From contig NW_021835314.1 of the NCBI RefSeq assembly GCF_006345805.1, positions 1 through 41,418 on the forward strand: 41,418 bases of DNA, written 5' to 3'. A model generated the notes under the pieces. The model worked only from the letters and a program-made list of their open reading frames with translations. It was not told the origin of the DNA and ran no database searches. Made by a program: the position numbers and the translations under genes. Positions 24,585 to 36,316 of this stretch are shown one piece after another. The stretch comes from Octopus sinensis. Taxonomy: Eukaryota. How positions within the stretch are numbered: position 1 is the first letter of the stretch; each line of letters opens with the position of its first letter.

Positions 24585-24978
24585 CTTTACTCTTTTACTC
24601 TTTTTCTTGTTTCAGTCATTTGAGTGCAGCCATGCTGGAGCACCGCCTTTAGTCAAGCAACTCGACCCCGGGACTTATTCTTTTGTAAGCCCAGTACTTA
24701 TTCTATCGGTCTCTATTTGCCGAACCGCTAAGTGACGGGGACGTAAACACACCAGCATCGGTTGTCAAGCAATGCTAGGGGAACAAACACAGACATACAT
24801 ACATATATATATATACATATATACGACGGGCTTCTTTCAGTTTCCGTCTACCAAATCCACTCACAAGGCTTTGGTCGGCCCGAGGCTATAGTAGAAGACA
24901 CTTGCCCATGGTGCCACGCAGTGGGACTGAACCCGGAACCATGTGGTTCGTAAGCAAGCTACTTACCACACAGCCACT
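24585..24978 (-). mobile_element. SINE family A copy
   Basis: Reverse complement of 10391-10856. Confidence 0.85.
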
Positions 24979-25066
24979 GTGCGTCTATACATGTTTTTGT
25001 ATGTGTGTTCGTTTGTGTTTGCATGCACAAGCATGTACGCGTACTGTGTCTCACACTCAAACTCAC

Positions 25067-25140
25067 CTGTAAGCTGGTTGTCACTCACATTGAGTGACTC
25101 AAGCTGTTGAGCGTGATCCATCCGTGGGAGAGAGATCAGC
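25067..25140 (-). CDS. LRRIQ1: Exon 8, LRR
   Basis: (R)LISLPRMDHAQQLESLNVSDNQLT; tttcag| and G|gtgagt; phase 2 to 1. Confidence 0.9.
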
Positions 25141-25170
25141 CTGAAAAAAATCATCAAAGATTGTTTTACT

Positions 25171-25210
<40 letters not shown>

Positions 25211-25299
25211 AATAATAATAATATGTGTTGAGAGGAATTCTACAAGGATCATTAACTAGGGATGACTCCAGCCCCACTGAACAAAAGCAGCAGGAATAG

Positions 25300-25325
25300 A
25301 AGAAGAAGAAGAAGAAGAAGAAGAA

Positions 25326-25361
<36 letters not shown>

Positions 25362-25400
25362 GAAGAAGAAGAAGAAGAAGAAGAAGAAGAAGAAGAAGAA

Positions 25401-25447
<47 letters not shown>

Positions 25448-25790
25448 GAAGAAGAAGAAGAAGAAGAAGAAGAAGGAGGAGGAGGAGGAGAAGAAGGAAA
25501 CGAAGAAGAAGAAGAAGAAGAAGAAGGAGAAGGAGAAGGAGAAGGAGGAGAAGAAGGAGACGAAGAAGAAGAAGAAGAAGAAGAAGAAGGAGAAGAAGAA
25601 GGAGAAGGAGAAGAAGGAGAAGGAGAAGGAGGAGAAGAAGGAGGAGGAGGAGGAGGAGGAGGAGGAGGAGAAGAAGAAGAAGAAGAAGAAGAAGAAGAAG
25701 AAGAAGAAGAAGAAGAAAACAAGAAGAAGAAGAAGTAGAAGAAGTTAGGAAAATGAAGACGAAGAAAAAAGAGAGAAGAAATAACGGTGT
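25300..25790. repeat. (GAA/GAT/GGA)n purine-rich tract
   Basis: Directly visible. Confidence 0.95.
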
Positions 25791-26134
25791 ACCAGAGAAT
25801 TAAACTCTCGAAGCAGATGAGCATAAGAGAGGACGAGTGGGGAGAGTGGGTAAAGTGGATAGCTTCATAAGAATGGGGGGGAGCAACTGATGGTTTAGAG
25901 AGGGGGAGATAGCTGTGGTGTATGAATTGATTGACGAGCAAGGGTGTAAGTCTGATTGGTGGGGTAAGGTAAGAGAAATAGCTGCAGCTCAAGAAAGAGG
26001 GTAGACCATACAGTATATATATATATATAATATATATATATATATAAAATATTAGGTACTCCCCTAACTCATGAAGGCATGGAAAAATGGACATAAAAAG
26101 AAACAAATTTTTTTGTTTTGTTTTGTTTTTTTAC

Positions 26135-26262
26135 CGATTCTGTCCTAAATTAAGTTGCCACAGCAACGGACACCAAATGGTACCCAGGGACGCCACACAG
26201 GTCAAGTTGTTGTCGGAGAGCTGCAGGTTGGAGAGGAGGACTTGGTTCTTCAGTAAAGGAAT
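26135..26262 (-). CDS. LRRIQ1: Exon 7, LRRs
   Basis: IPLLKNQVLLSNLQLSDNNLTCVASLGTIWCPLLWQLNLGQN; caacag| and CG|gtaaaa; phase 0 to 2. Confidence 0.92.
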
Positions 26263-26313
26263 CTGTTGAATAAAGAAGCAACAATGAGTACAACAACAAC
26301 AACAACAACAATA

Positions 26314-26355
<42 letters not shown>

Positions 26356-26636
26356 TAATAATAATAACAATAACAATAACAATAATAATAATAATAACAA
26401 TAATAATAATAATGGTTGCAGGTTTTAGCAGTGGACCAGCAGTTTCTGAAGGAGGGGAAAATTGATTACATGGACCCCAGGGTACAACTGGTATTTATTT
26501 TATCAACCCCGAAAAAACAAAGAGCAAAGCTGACCTCAGCAGAAACTGAACTCAGAACGTTAAGATCCAATGGAGAAAATATCACCCAACCAACTAATAC
26601 CATGACCACCACCACTGATTATTTATTAGTATTTAC

Positions 26637-26836
26637 CTGAGATAGGTTGTTCTTGGAAACATCCAAGGTGCGGAGCAGCTCCAGACTGGCCAGGTCGGTC
26701 ATCTGTTGGAGCTGGTTGCCAGAAAGATCCAGGGTCTGCAGCGCCACCTGGATGTGGCGGAGTGACGAGATGCTGAGGAGTTGGTTGTTGGAGAGATTCA
26801 GGGTGTGCAGCTGGGTGAGGGTTTCAAGTCCAGCAT
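26637..26836 (-). CDS. LRRIQ1: Exon 6, LRRs
   Basis: (D)AGLETLTQLHTLNLSNNQLLSISSL...LRTLDVSKNNLSQ; LxxLxLxxNxL repeats; donor CAG|gtaaat; phase 1 to 0. Confidence 0.93.
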
Positions 26837-26844
26837 CTGGTGGG

Positions 26845-26873
26845 TAGGTAGGTAGATAAAGGAGGTGAGGTGA

Positions 26874-26906
<33 letters not shown>

Positions 26907-26954
26907 ATAGACAGACAGACAGACAGACAGACGCACAGACAGACACACAGACAC

Positions 26955-27007
<53 letters not shown>

Positions 27008-27033
27008 TAGATAGATAGATAGACAGACAGACT

Positions 27034-27083
<50 letters not shown>

Positions 27084-27090
27084 GATAGAC

Positions 27091-27127
<37 letters not shown>

Positions 27128-27147
27128 CAGACAGACTGATAGATAGA

Positions 27148-27183
<36 letters not shown>

Positions 27184-27187
27184 TAGA

Positions 27188-27251
<64 letters not shown>

Positions 27252-28190
27252 TAGATAGATAGATAGATAGACAGACAGAGAGAGAAAGAGATAGATTGAT
27301 AGATAGATAGATAGACAAACAGATAGACGGACGAACGGACAGACAGACAGACAGACAGATGGATGGAGGGACAGATAGACACACAGACAGTTAGACAGAT
27401 AGATGGACGGACAGACAGATAGACAGATATGTACATCCATATACAGGCATACACAAATTTAAAGAAAATAAAACATTAAAAAACCCCATTTCAAAAATTG
27501 GAAAAAAAAAATAAAACTAATAAAATTATCGATTCAATAAATGAAATTTTCAATGGAATTAAAATTCTTACCCAGTTTGGTGATGTTGTTGTGGGCCAAG
27601 TTGAGCCACACCAAATTGGTCAGACCATCAAAGCCATGGACCGCGGTCAGTTTGTTCCTATTTAGATCAACGTACTGGACACTGGTCACCCCTTTCAGGT
27701 TGACGTACTCAATGTCATTGTTCTGGTGGTGGAGGGCGGTGGAGCAATTGGTCAGATTGGTTGTGAGAGAACGTCAGAGTTACTTTATGTAGAAGCAATT
27801 GCCTTTCTTTGGTGTAGATATATATATATATACACACACACATGTATGTATGTATGTATTTATGTGAGTATGTATCTATGAATATATGTATGTGTGTATG
27901 TATGTATATATGTATGTATGTATGTATGTGTGTGTGTATGTATGTATGTGTGTGTGTATGTATGTATGTATGTGTCTATGTATGTATGCATGTATACATG
28001 TATGTACATATGTATGTATGTATGTATATATGTATGTATGTGTATTTATGTTTGTATGTACGTATGTATGTATGTGTATGTATGTATGTATGTGTATGTA
28101 TGTATGTGTATGTATGTATGTATGTATACATGTATGTACATATGTATGTATGTATGTATGTATGTATGTGTGTGTATGTATGTATATATA

Positions 28191-28221
<31 letters not shown>

Positions 28222-28226
28222 TTATG

Positions 28227-28279
<53 letters not shown>

Positions 28280-28385
28280 GTATGTGTCTATGTATGTATG
28301 TAAGTATGTATGTATGTATGTATGTATGTATGTATGTATGTATGCATGTATGCATGCATGTATGTATGCATGCATGTATGTATAT
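26845..28385. repeat. (GATA/GACA)n (about 26845-27430) and (TATG)n (about 27840-28385) tracts flanking exon 5
   Basis: Directly visible. Confidence 0.93.
27572..27722 (-). CDS. LRRIQ1: Exon 5, LRRs
   Basis: NNDIEYVNLKGVTSVQYVDLNRNKLTAVHGFDGLTNLVWLNLAHNNITKL; donor G|gtaaga; phase 0 to 1. Confidence 0.93.
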
Positions 28386-28533
28386 GACAGGCTTTCACAC
28401 CTCCCTTCAACTTATATACACAATAATCACAATACATCAACAATTCACAATATATCTGGCTGAGTAAAAAGTAAGCAACGTTTTGAAACATGGTAATTCA
28501 TCACAATATTTTTCAATATATATATATAAAGAC

Positions 28534-28607
<74 letters not shown>

Positions 28608-28758
28608 ACATATATATATATAAAATGGGCTTCTTTTAGTTTCCTTCTACCACATCCATTCACAAGGCTTTGGTCAGCCCAAGGTCCCATGCAGTGGGAC
28701 TGAACCTGGAACCATGTAGTTGGGAAGCAAGCTACTTACCAAACAGCCACTCCTGCGC

Positions 28759-28796
<38 letters not shown>

Positions 28797-28798
28797 TG

Positions 28799-29399
28799 CT
28801 ATTTCTAGCATACGGCCGACTACCTAGCAGTCTTGCCCTGTCAATATACACATGTATTAGAATTTTCTCTGACTTCTCAGATTTTTTGGACTACTGGTTT
28901 TAAATTGATATTAAAATTAATATTAATTTATCTCCCTCATTATTTAAATATTGAAATAAATACGTTCTCTAGTAGCAAGCACTAACCGCAGTGAATTATT
29001 TATTGCATTTCTTCGCTTCAGGAATTCCTTAGCGTGCCGGAACTAAGACATTTGAAATTTTATCCCTAATGTAATCGGTAAAACTAAACACGTGTCTGTT
29101 TTGGCACAGAAAGCTGGGGTTAGTTTTTCAGATTGCATTTACACTGAACGATTGTACTGATGAAGCCACGGACATTTGAATTATATAAGTAATTCTTTTG
29201 TTAAAGGCCGAAACCGAGGTATGCAATTAATTCTGTTTTTTATATAAATTTTCATCTGTCCTGCCCACCAAATTTGGTTCTGGTGTTCGCTGAATTTTTC
29301 CTCTAGAGAACCTTCTTTGTAGTTTGATCGTTGATGATCTATTTCTAGCATACGGCCGACTACCTAGCAGTCTTGCCCTGTCAATATACACATGTATTA
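28799..29399 (+). mobile_element. Non-coding HHR-bearing element: 540-bp unit plus 61-bp terminal direct repeat, inside (TA)n (retrozyme or PLE-like)
   Basis: 28799-28859 is identical to 29339-29399; (TA)n on both flanks; internal HHR; no ORF of note. Confidence 0.65.
29151..29227 (+). ncRNA. Type I hammerhead ribozyme motif with extended stem II
   Basis: ATTGTA-CTGATGA-A-GCC...GGC-C-GAAA-CC-GA-G-GTA-TGCAAT; stem I 6 bp, predicted cleavage triplet GUA at 29219-29221. Confidence 0.72.
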
Positions 29400-29709
29400 T
29401 ATATATATATATATATAATATATATATATATATACACACACACCCATACATGCATACATACGTATGTATGTATATACAAAAGATGCTGTCCAGGTAAGAG
29501 AGACTGATTACAGGTAAGATGTGATCTATAACTAGTGTCTGTTACCTTAAATTATTTCACCTGTAATCACCCTCTCTTACCTGTAATAATCTTTTATTAC
29601 CTGAATATCACCTTACCTACAATTGCCTTTTTAACTAGATCTTACCTTACCTGTAACCACCCTTCCTTCCTTGGATAATATTAGCTCACCTGTAATTAAG
29701 TTCCCTTAC

Positions 29710-29862
29710 CTGGACGTTGATGTATTTGAGCTGTGAGCATGGTTGAAGTCCATCCAGGGACAAGATATGACAGTTGACCAATGATAGACACTGCAGGTTG
29801 ATACACTGACCCAAGGTGGACAAACTACAGCCTGGTAGGTCTTGGAGTTGGACTGTGGTAAG
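29710..29862 (-). CDS. LRRIQ1: Exon 4, first LRRs
   Basis: LTTVQLQDLPGCSLSTLGQCINLQCLSLVNCHILSLDGLQPCSQLKYINVQ; ttccag| and |gtaagg; phase 0-0. Confidence 0.93.
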
Positions 29863-29880
29863 CTGGAAGATAAACAGATA

Positions 29881-29934
<54 letters not shown>

Positions 29935-30269
29935 CCTTTCTAATATAGGGTCAAGGCCTAAAATTTTAAGGGAAGGTGCCAGTCGATTAGATTAACCTCC
30001 AGTATGCAACTGGTACTTAATTTGTTGACCCCTGAAAGGGATGTAAGGCAAAGTCAACCTCGGTGGAATTTGAACTCAGAAAATAGCAGCAGATGAAATA
30101 CCGCTAAGCAGTTCCCCTGGCATGTTAACGATTCTGCCAGCTCGCCTCTTTAATTATGATAATAATAATAATAATAATGATAATAATAATAATAATAATA
30201 ATAAAATAATAATAATAATAATAATAATATTAATATTAATAATAATAATAATAATAATAAAATAATAAA

Positions 30270-30780
30270 CACTAGGGTGGTATATAAAAAATGCTATGGT
30301 ACCATTACTGAAACACACGAAGAAGGATGGCTTCAGCAAAGCTGAAAATTGTGTAACAAAAGAAAAATTTAAAAACAAAATGAACAAAAAAACGAAAAGC
30401 ATGAAAGGAAAAAAAATGTAGTCAGTTTGCAAGAGATGTGAACGTCAAGACAAATAGAGAGGACCAGTAGCTATGGATGAGAAGGAATGACCTGAAGATA
30501 GAGAGAGAAGCACTGATATATGCAGCTCAGGATCAAGCATTAAGGACCAACTATATTAAATGCAGAATAAACACTACCGATAGTGACAATTTCAGAATGT
30601 GTGGTGAGAGGGGCGAAACGGTATGGCACATTGTTAGCGAATGCCTGAAATTGGCACAATGTGAATACAAAAGATGCCATGACAATGTGGCAAGAATGAT
30701 CCATTGGGAGCTCTGTGGAAATCACGACCTACAAAGAGCAAAGATGTGGTATGAGAAAACTCCAGAAGCACTCACCAAAA
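30270..30780 (+). mobile_element. R4/Dong-clade non-LTR retrotransposon fragment (region after RT, degenerate CCHC)
   Basis: LGWYIKN...WMRRNDLKIEREALIYAAQDQALRTNYIK...CGERGETVWHIVSECLKLAQCEYKRCHDNVARMIHWELC; stops present; 5' junction in (TAA)n. Confidence 0.8.
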
Positions 30781-30799
30781 CATAAATATATATAGCCCC

Positions 30800-31231
30800 T
30801 GCCCATTCAAAGTACCTTGGGTTTCAGAACAACCTGCTGTGCTTGAGGAGACCTACTGAGTCAAGTACATGAACATCGAAATAAATATCAATGGAAATAG
30901 TAGCTGTGATACCTGAGCCGGTGGCACGTAAAAAGCACCATCCGAATGTGGCCGATGCCAGTGCTGCCTTGACTGGCTTCCGTGTCAGTGGCATGTTAAA
31001 AGCACCAACCGATCGTGGCCGCTGCCAGACTCTCCTGGCATCTGTGCCGGTGGCACGTAAAAAGCACCCACTACACTCATGGAGTGGTTGGCGTTAGGAA
31101 GGGCATCCAGCTGTAGAAACACTGCCAGATCAGACTGGAGCCTGGTGCAGCCTCCTGGCTTCCCAAACCCCGGTCGAACTGTCCAACCCGTGCTAGCACG
31201 GAAAACAGACGTTAAACGATGATGATGATGA
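30800..31231 (+). mobile_element. SINE-like family B (GGCGTTAGGAAGGGCATCCAGC core, (GAT)n tail)
   Basis: Other copies at about 10007-10259(+), 15490-15810(+), 21855-22170(+), 6194-6570(-), 6588-6720(-), 1652-1720(-), 24364-24440(-). Confidence 0.8.
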
Positions 31232-31241
31232 TATATATTTC

Positions 31242-31628
31242 TGGCACTCCGTCCGTTATGATGACGAGGGTTCCAGTTGATCCGATCAACAGAACAGCCT
31301 GCTCGTGAAATTAACACGCAAGTGGCTGAGCACTCCACAGACATGTGTACCCTTAACATAGTTCTTGGGGAGATTCAGCATAACACAGAGTGTGACAAAA
31401 CTGGCCCCTTTCAAATACAGGTACAACAGAAACAAGAAGAAAGGGTGAGAGAAAGTTGTAGTGAAAGAATACAGCAGGGTTCGCTACCATCTCTACCCCC
31501 CACCGGAGCCTCGTGTAGCCTTTAGGTGTTTTAGCTCAATAAACACTCACAAAGCCCAGTCTGGGAATCGAAACTGCGATCCTATGACCGCGAGTCCGCT
31601 GCCTTAACCACTGGGCCATTGTGTCTCC
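31242..31628 (-). mobile_element. SINE family D copy
   Basis: Reverse complement of 11087-11470. Confidence 0.82.
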
Positions 31629-31651
31629 ACATATATATATATATATATATA

Positions 31652-32938
31652 TTAGACTTAGATAAACTTAGATATGTTTCGACCAGAGATTGGTCCAGGC
31701 CATGTCTAACTTAATAGCACACTGATAGGATTATTCGAATCCTGTTTAAGTCAAGTTTTTGTTCAAGTAGTGAGTTCTTGTTGGGTGAGTTGTATCCAGT
31801 TTTGTTCAAGTAGTGAGTTCTTGTTGGGGAGTGATCCAGTTTTGTTCAATAGTGAGTTCTTGTTGGGTGAGTTGTATCCAATATGGGTGGCTTGTCTGGT
31901 ATTCTTGAAGGAATCTATCCAGACTCTGTTTAAAGTTGATGGGATCCTTTTCCTCTTTGATCTCCCTCAGGACAATGTTAAATAGGGCAGGGCCTGTTGA
32001 GGGAGGAAAAGAAATTATGTTGCAGTGTACATGTATGTTGTGATCTTGAATTGGCAGGGGACGTATAGCCCATGGTCCAAGTCTGGATGAACCTGTGAAG
32101 CTAATGTTTAGGTCGTTTGGGCAAAGTTGGCGGTATATTTTCCACATTGTACAAATGATGTACCGCTCACGCGACGCTGGAGAGAGTAAGTTTCAAGGCT
32201 TTAAGGTGATCCCAATAATCGAGAGCAGCCATGCCTTCAATTTGTTTAGTGAGTGCCCTCTGGGGTGACTCAATTCTGGAGATGTTTTGTTGTGTGAGGA
32301 GACCACAGTGGGCAGCAGTATTCAAGGTGTGGCCGTAAAAGGAGGAAAAAAGAAAAGTGTATGATGACACCTTGTTCTCTGGACCGGAAAGTTTTTAAGA
32401 TCCAGGAACTCATCCTATGAGCTATATCGACCTTCTTGTTGATGTGTGCACTCCAACTGAGATCGTCATCAACAATTACACCCAGGTCTCTGATATTGTT
32501 AGAGGCTGTGAGCGGTTCCCCTGAAGGAAGAGAGTATGGTTGTTTTAGTGAGGAATTTCTTCCAAAATGCATCAGCTCAAATTTTCCCTCATTCAGTCGC
32601 ATTTTGTTTCTGTCTTCCCATTGACTCACAGCATATAGATCAGACTGGAGTTGAGTTCGGTCCTCTTCTTCATTGACGATTTGCTGGAGCTTAGTGTCAT
32701 CAGCGAATATTTTCACTTTGCAGTGATGTACGACACTGGAAAGGTCGTTTACGTAAATTATGAAGAGTAGCGGACCCAAAACAGTTCCCTGGGGATCACC
32801 GCTGGTGACTTTTGCTGGGTTTGAGTGGACTCCATCAACTACAACATGTTGTGTTCTATTCGCCAGGAAATACTTAATCCAGTGTAGAACTTTTCCACGG
32901 ATTCCAACATTTGCCAATTTTGAGAGTAGGATGTTATG
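31652..32938 (-). mobile_element. 5'-truncated, degraded CR1-like LINE (RT and 3' end)
   Basis: HNILLSKL...SGDPQGTVLGPLLFIIYVNDL...FADDTKL...RDLGVIVDDDLSW...RPHLEYCCPLWSP; frameshifts; 3' stem-loop GACCA/TGGTC; (TA)n on both sides. Confidence 0.9.
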
Positions 32939-33032
32939 TATTATAATATATATAAACACATATATATATATATATATATATAAACACATATATATATTAT
33001 ATATATAAACACATATATATATATATATAGAT

Positions 33033-33068
<36 letters not shown>

Positions 33069-33354
33069 AACACATATATATATTATAATATATAAAACAT
33101 ATATATATATATATTATATATATAATATACACACACAACTACATATATATACGATGGGCTTCTTTCAGTTTCCGTCTACCAAAAACACTCACAAGGTTTT
33201 GGTCAGCCCAAAGTCACACACAGTGGGACTGAACCCAGAACCATTTGAATGGGAAGCAAGCTCCCTAACCACTGAACCACAGCTCCGCCTATAAACAAAA
33301 AGAAAAACAAAGAAAAACATGTAAGAAAAAAGGATCAAAATGTACAACACGAAC

Positions 33355-33514
33355 CTGTTGAAGGGAAGTCCCAGGTGATGAGGGAGGCAAAAGAAGAGAG
33401 ACAGGAAGAGGAGTGGGTATCCGCTTCCTGGATGGAGGACGTCTTCGAACTGCTTGCCGGCGACACTGCTCCTCCGTCGAACCAACAGCGGTGCCACCGT
33501 TTTGGTACTCATTC
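33355..33514 (-). CDS. LRRIQ1: Exon 3
   Basis: Long polypyrimidine tract then cctccag|G; (G)NEYQNGG...PGTSLQQ; donor CAG|gttcgt; phase 2 to 0. Confidence 0.75.
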
Positions 33515-33543
33515 CTGGAGGAAGAACAAAGAGAAGAAGAAAA

Positions 33544-34145
33544 GGTGGTGGTGGTGGTGGTGTTGGTGGTGTTGGTGGTGGTGGCAAAGGTAGTGGCCAT
33601 GGTTGTGGTGGTTATGGCAGTGGTGGTGGCAATGGTGGTATGGTGGTAGTGGTTGCTGTTTTTGTTGTTGTTGTTGGTGGTGGTATGGTGGCTGTGGTGG
33701 TGGTGGTGGTGGTGGTGGTGGCAAAGGTGGTGGCAATGGTGGTTATGGTGGTAGTGGTTGCTGCTTTTGCTATTGTTGTTGTTGTTGTTGTTGTGATGGT
33801 GGTGGTGGTGGTGGTGGTGGTGGCAGCAGTGGCAATGGTGGTTGCAGTGGTGATGGTTATGGTAGTAGTGGTCGTTGTTGTAGTGGTGATAGTTATGGTA
33901 GTAGTGGTCGTTGTTGTAGTGGTGGTGTGGTGGTGGTGGTGGTGTGGTGGTGGTGGTGGTGTGGTGGTGGTGTGGTGGTGGTGGTGGTGGTGGTGGTGGT
34001 GGTGTGGTGGTGGAGGTTATGGTAGTGATGGTGGAGAGGATGGTGGCAAGCCACAGTGGTAGCAGTAGTATTAGAGATGGCAGCGGTGGTGGAGGTGTTA
34101 GCTGTGCTGCTGCTGCTTCTGCTGCTGCTGCTGCTACCACTGTTG
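33544..34145. repeat. (GGT)n-rich microsatellite
   Basis: Directly visible. Confidence 0.93.
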
Positions 34146-34314
34146 CCGGTGGTAGCGATGGTATATTGTAAATATAACAAGACTCACTTCCAGGAGCTGC
34201 ACTGTGACATCCATTCCTGTCTTCTCTGTTGAAGATGTTTTTGGAAAATCTCAATGTCACTCGAGGCTGACTGAGAGGGATTTCCAACGGATGAATGGTG
34301 TCTGTATAAAACAT

Positions 34315-34351
<37 letters not shown>

Positions 34352-34421
34352 ATGCTGGATCTATATATATATTATTCTTATTTCTTTACTGCCCACAAAG
34401 GGCTAAACACAGAGGGGACAA

Positions 34422-34772
34422 ACTCCACCCATCTAACACCCGTGGACATATTTACAAAGTCAAAAAACAGCACAGATCCTTCCATGGCTTTCGGAAACAT
34501 TTTCCCATGCTGAGAGTTGCTGAAGCATGGAACAAACTGCTGGCATCAGTTGTTAGTTCTCAGAGCACTGCATCCATCAAAACTTCCATGCTTTCTGAGA
34601 TTTGCCAACACCACACCTGATTTTCTCCCCTCCATACACACACAAGCATGTATCTGACTCATACATTGTTTGCTTTCCAGACATTTCTACATTACTGCAT
34701 ATACTTTATACGCACTGTCTGACAAGTTGTGGTGCACCTGAGCACTGTATACAATAATTTCATTATTATTAT
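34422..34772 (+). mobile_element. 3'-terminal fragment of a second CR1-like LINE
   Basis: TRGHIYKVKKQ...RVAEAWNKL..SVVS is the CR1-type ORF2 end; followed by a 3' UTR and an (ATT)n tail. Confidence 0.75.
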
Positions 34773-35890
34773 TAAACGAGGACAGACAAAGGGTTTAAGT
34801 CAATTATATCAACCCCACAAGGCGGCGAGCTGGCAGACTCGTTAGCGCGCTGGGCGAAATGCTTAGCAGTATTTCGTCTGTCGTTACGTTCTAAGTTCAA
34901 ATTCCACTGAGGTCGACTTTGCCTTTCATCCTTTCGGGGTCGATAAATGAAATACCAGTTACGCACTGGAGTCGATGTAATTGACTTAATCACATTGTCT
35001 GTCCTTGTTTGTCTCCTCTATGTTTAGCCCCTTGTGAGCAATTAAAGAAATATATATCGACCCCAGTGCGTAACTGGTACTTATTTAATCGACCCTGAAA
35101 GGAGGGAAGGCAAAGTCGACCTCGGCGGAATTTGAACTCATGACGTAGAAGCAGATGAAATACTGCTAAGCATTTCGCCCGGCGTGCTAAATGTTCTGCC
35201 GGCTCGCCGCCTTTATATATATATTATTCTGTTATTCTTTTACTTGTTTCAGTCATTTGATGGTGGCCATACAGGTGCAGCGCCTTTTAGTCAAACAAAT
35301 CATCCCCAGGACTTATTCCATTGAATCCTTTTTGCCAAACCACTAAGTGACGGGGATGTAAACACACCAACATCAGTTGTCAAGCGATGGTGAACGGACA
35401 AGCACAGACACAGAAATATATACATACATTTTATGTATGTATGTATGTAGTGAGTGGATTTGGTAGACGGAAACTGAAAGAAGCCCGTTGTATATATGTA
35501 TATGTATGTGTTTGTGTGTCTGTGTTTGTCCCCTTAGCATTGCTTGACAACCGATGCTGGTGTGTTTATGTCCCCGTCACTTAGCGGTTCGGCAAAAGAG
35601 GCCGATAGAATAAGTACTAGGCTTACAAAGAATAAGTCCTGGGGTCGATTTGCTCGACTAAAGGCGATGCTCCAGCATGGCCGCAGTCACATGACTGAAA
35701 CAAGAAAAAGAGTAAGAGTAAAGAGTATATATATATATACTACTGTAGGAGTGGCTGTGTGGTAAGTAGCTTGGTTCCGGGTTCAGTCCCACTGCGTGGC
35801 ACCTTGGGTAAGTGTCTTCTACTATAGCCTCGGGTCGACCAATGCCTTGTGAGTGGATTTGGTAAAGGAAACTGAAAGAAGCCTGTCATA

Positions 35891-35943
<53 letters not shown>

Positions 35944-36316
35944 TTGTGTGTCTGTGTTTGTTCCCCCTAGCATTGCTTGACAACCGATGCTGGTGTGTTC
36001 ATGTCCCCATAACTTAGCGGTTCGGCAAAAGAGATGGATAGAATAAGTGCTAGGCTTACAAAGAATAAGATACAAAAATAAACGTTATTTTCTATCTTAA
36101 TCTGAGTTTTGTTTCATTATGGAAAATAAAAATTTATTATTGTTCATATTTTAAATTAAATATACTGTATATAGGGGGGGGGCAGGAAAATCTTTTTAAG
36201 TACTCAGGGCTTCCATGGGCCTTAATCCAGCCCTGTCGCCCATCCTACCTTTCATTAAGTAAAAATTTATCCTTTTTTTCTAATCAAAAAGAAGAGAAAG
36301 TCAATTCATCACTTAC

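Noticed and set aside
25327-25803. Poly-M/K/R ORF resembling a protamine
   Set aside because: Pure (GAT)/(GAA)/(GGA) repeat translation, antisense within an intron.
31665-31710. Hammerhead motif (GACCA/TGGTC stem followed by GAAAC on the minus strand)
   Set aside because: No CUGANGA core upstream; better explained as the 3' stem-loop of the CR1-like LINE.
33375-33593. Plus-strand ORF MMREAKEERQ...
   Set aside because: Antisense to exon 3, whose minus-strand splice sites and phases fit the gene.
36170-36235. Possible hAT/MITE terminal inverted repeat fragment
   Set aside because: Only one short end is visible, with no partner TIR or TSD.
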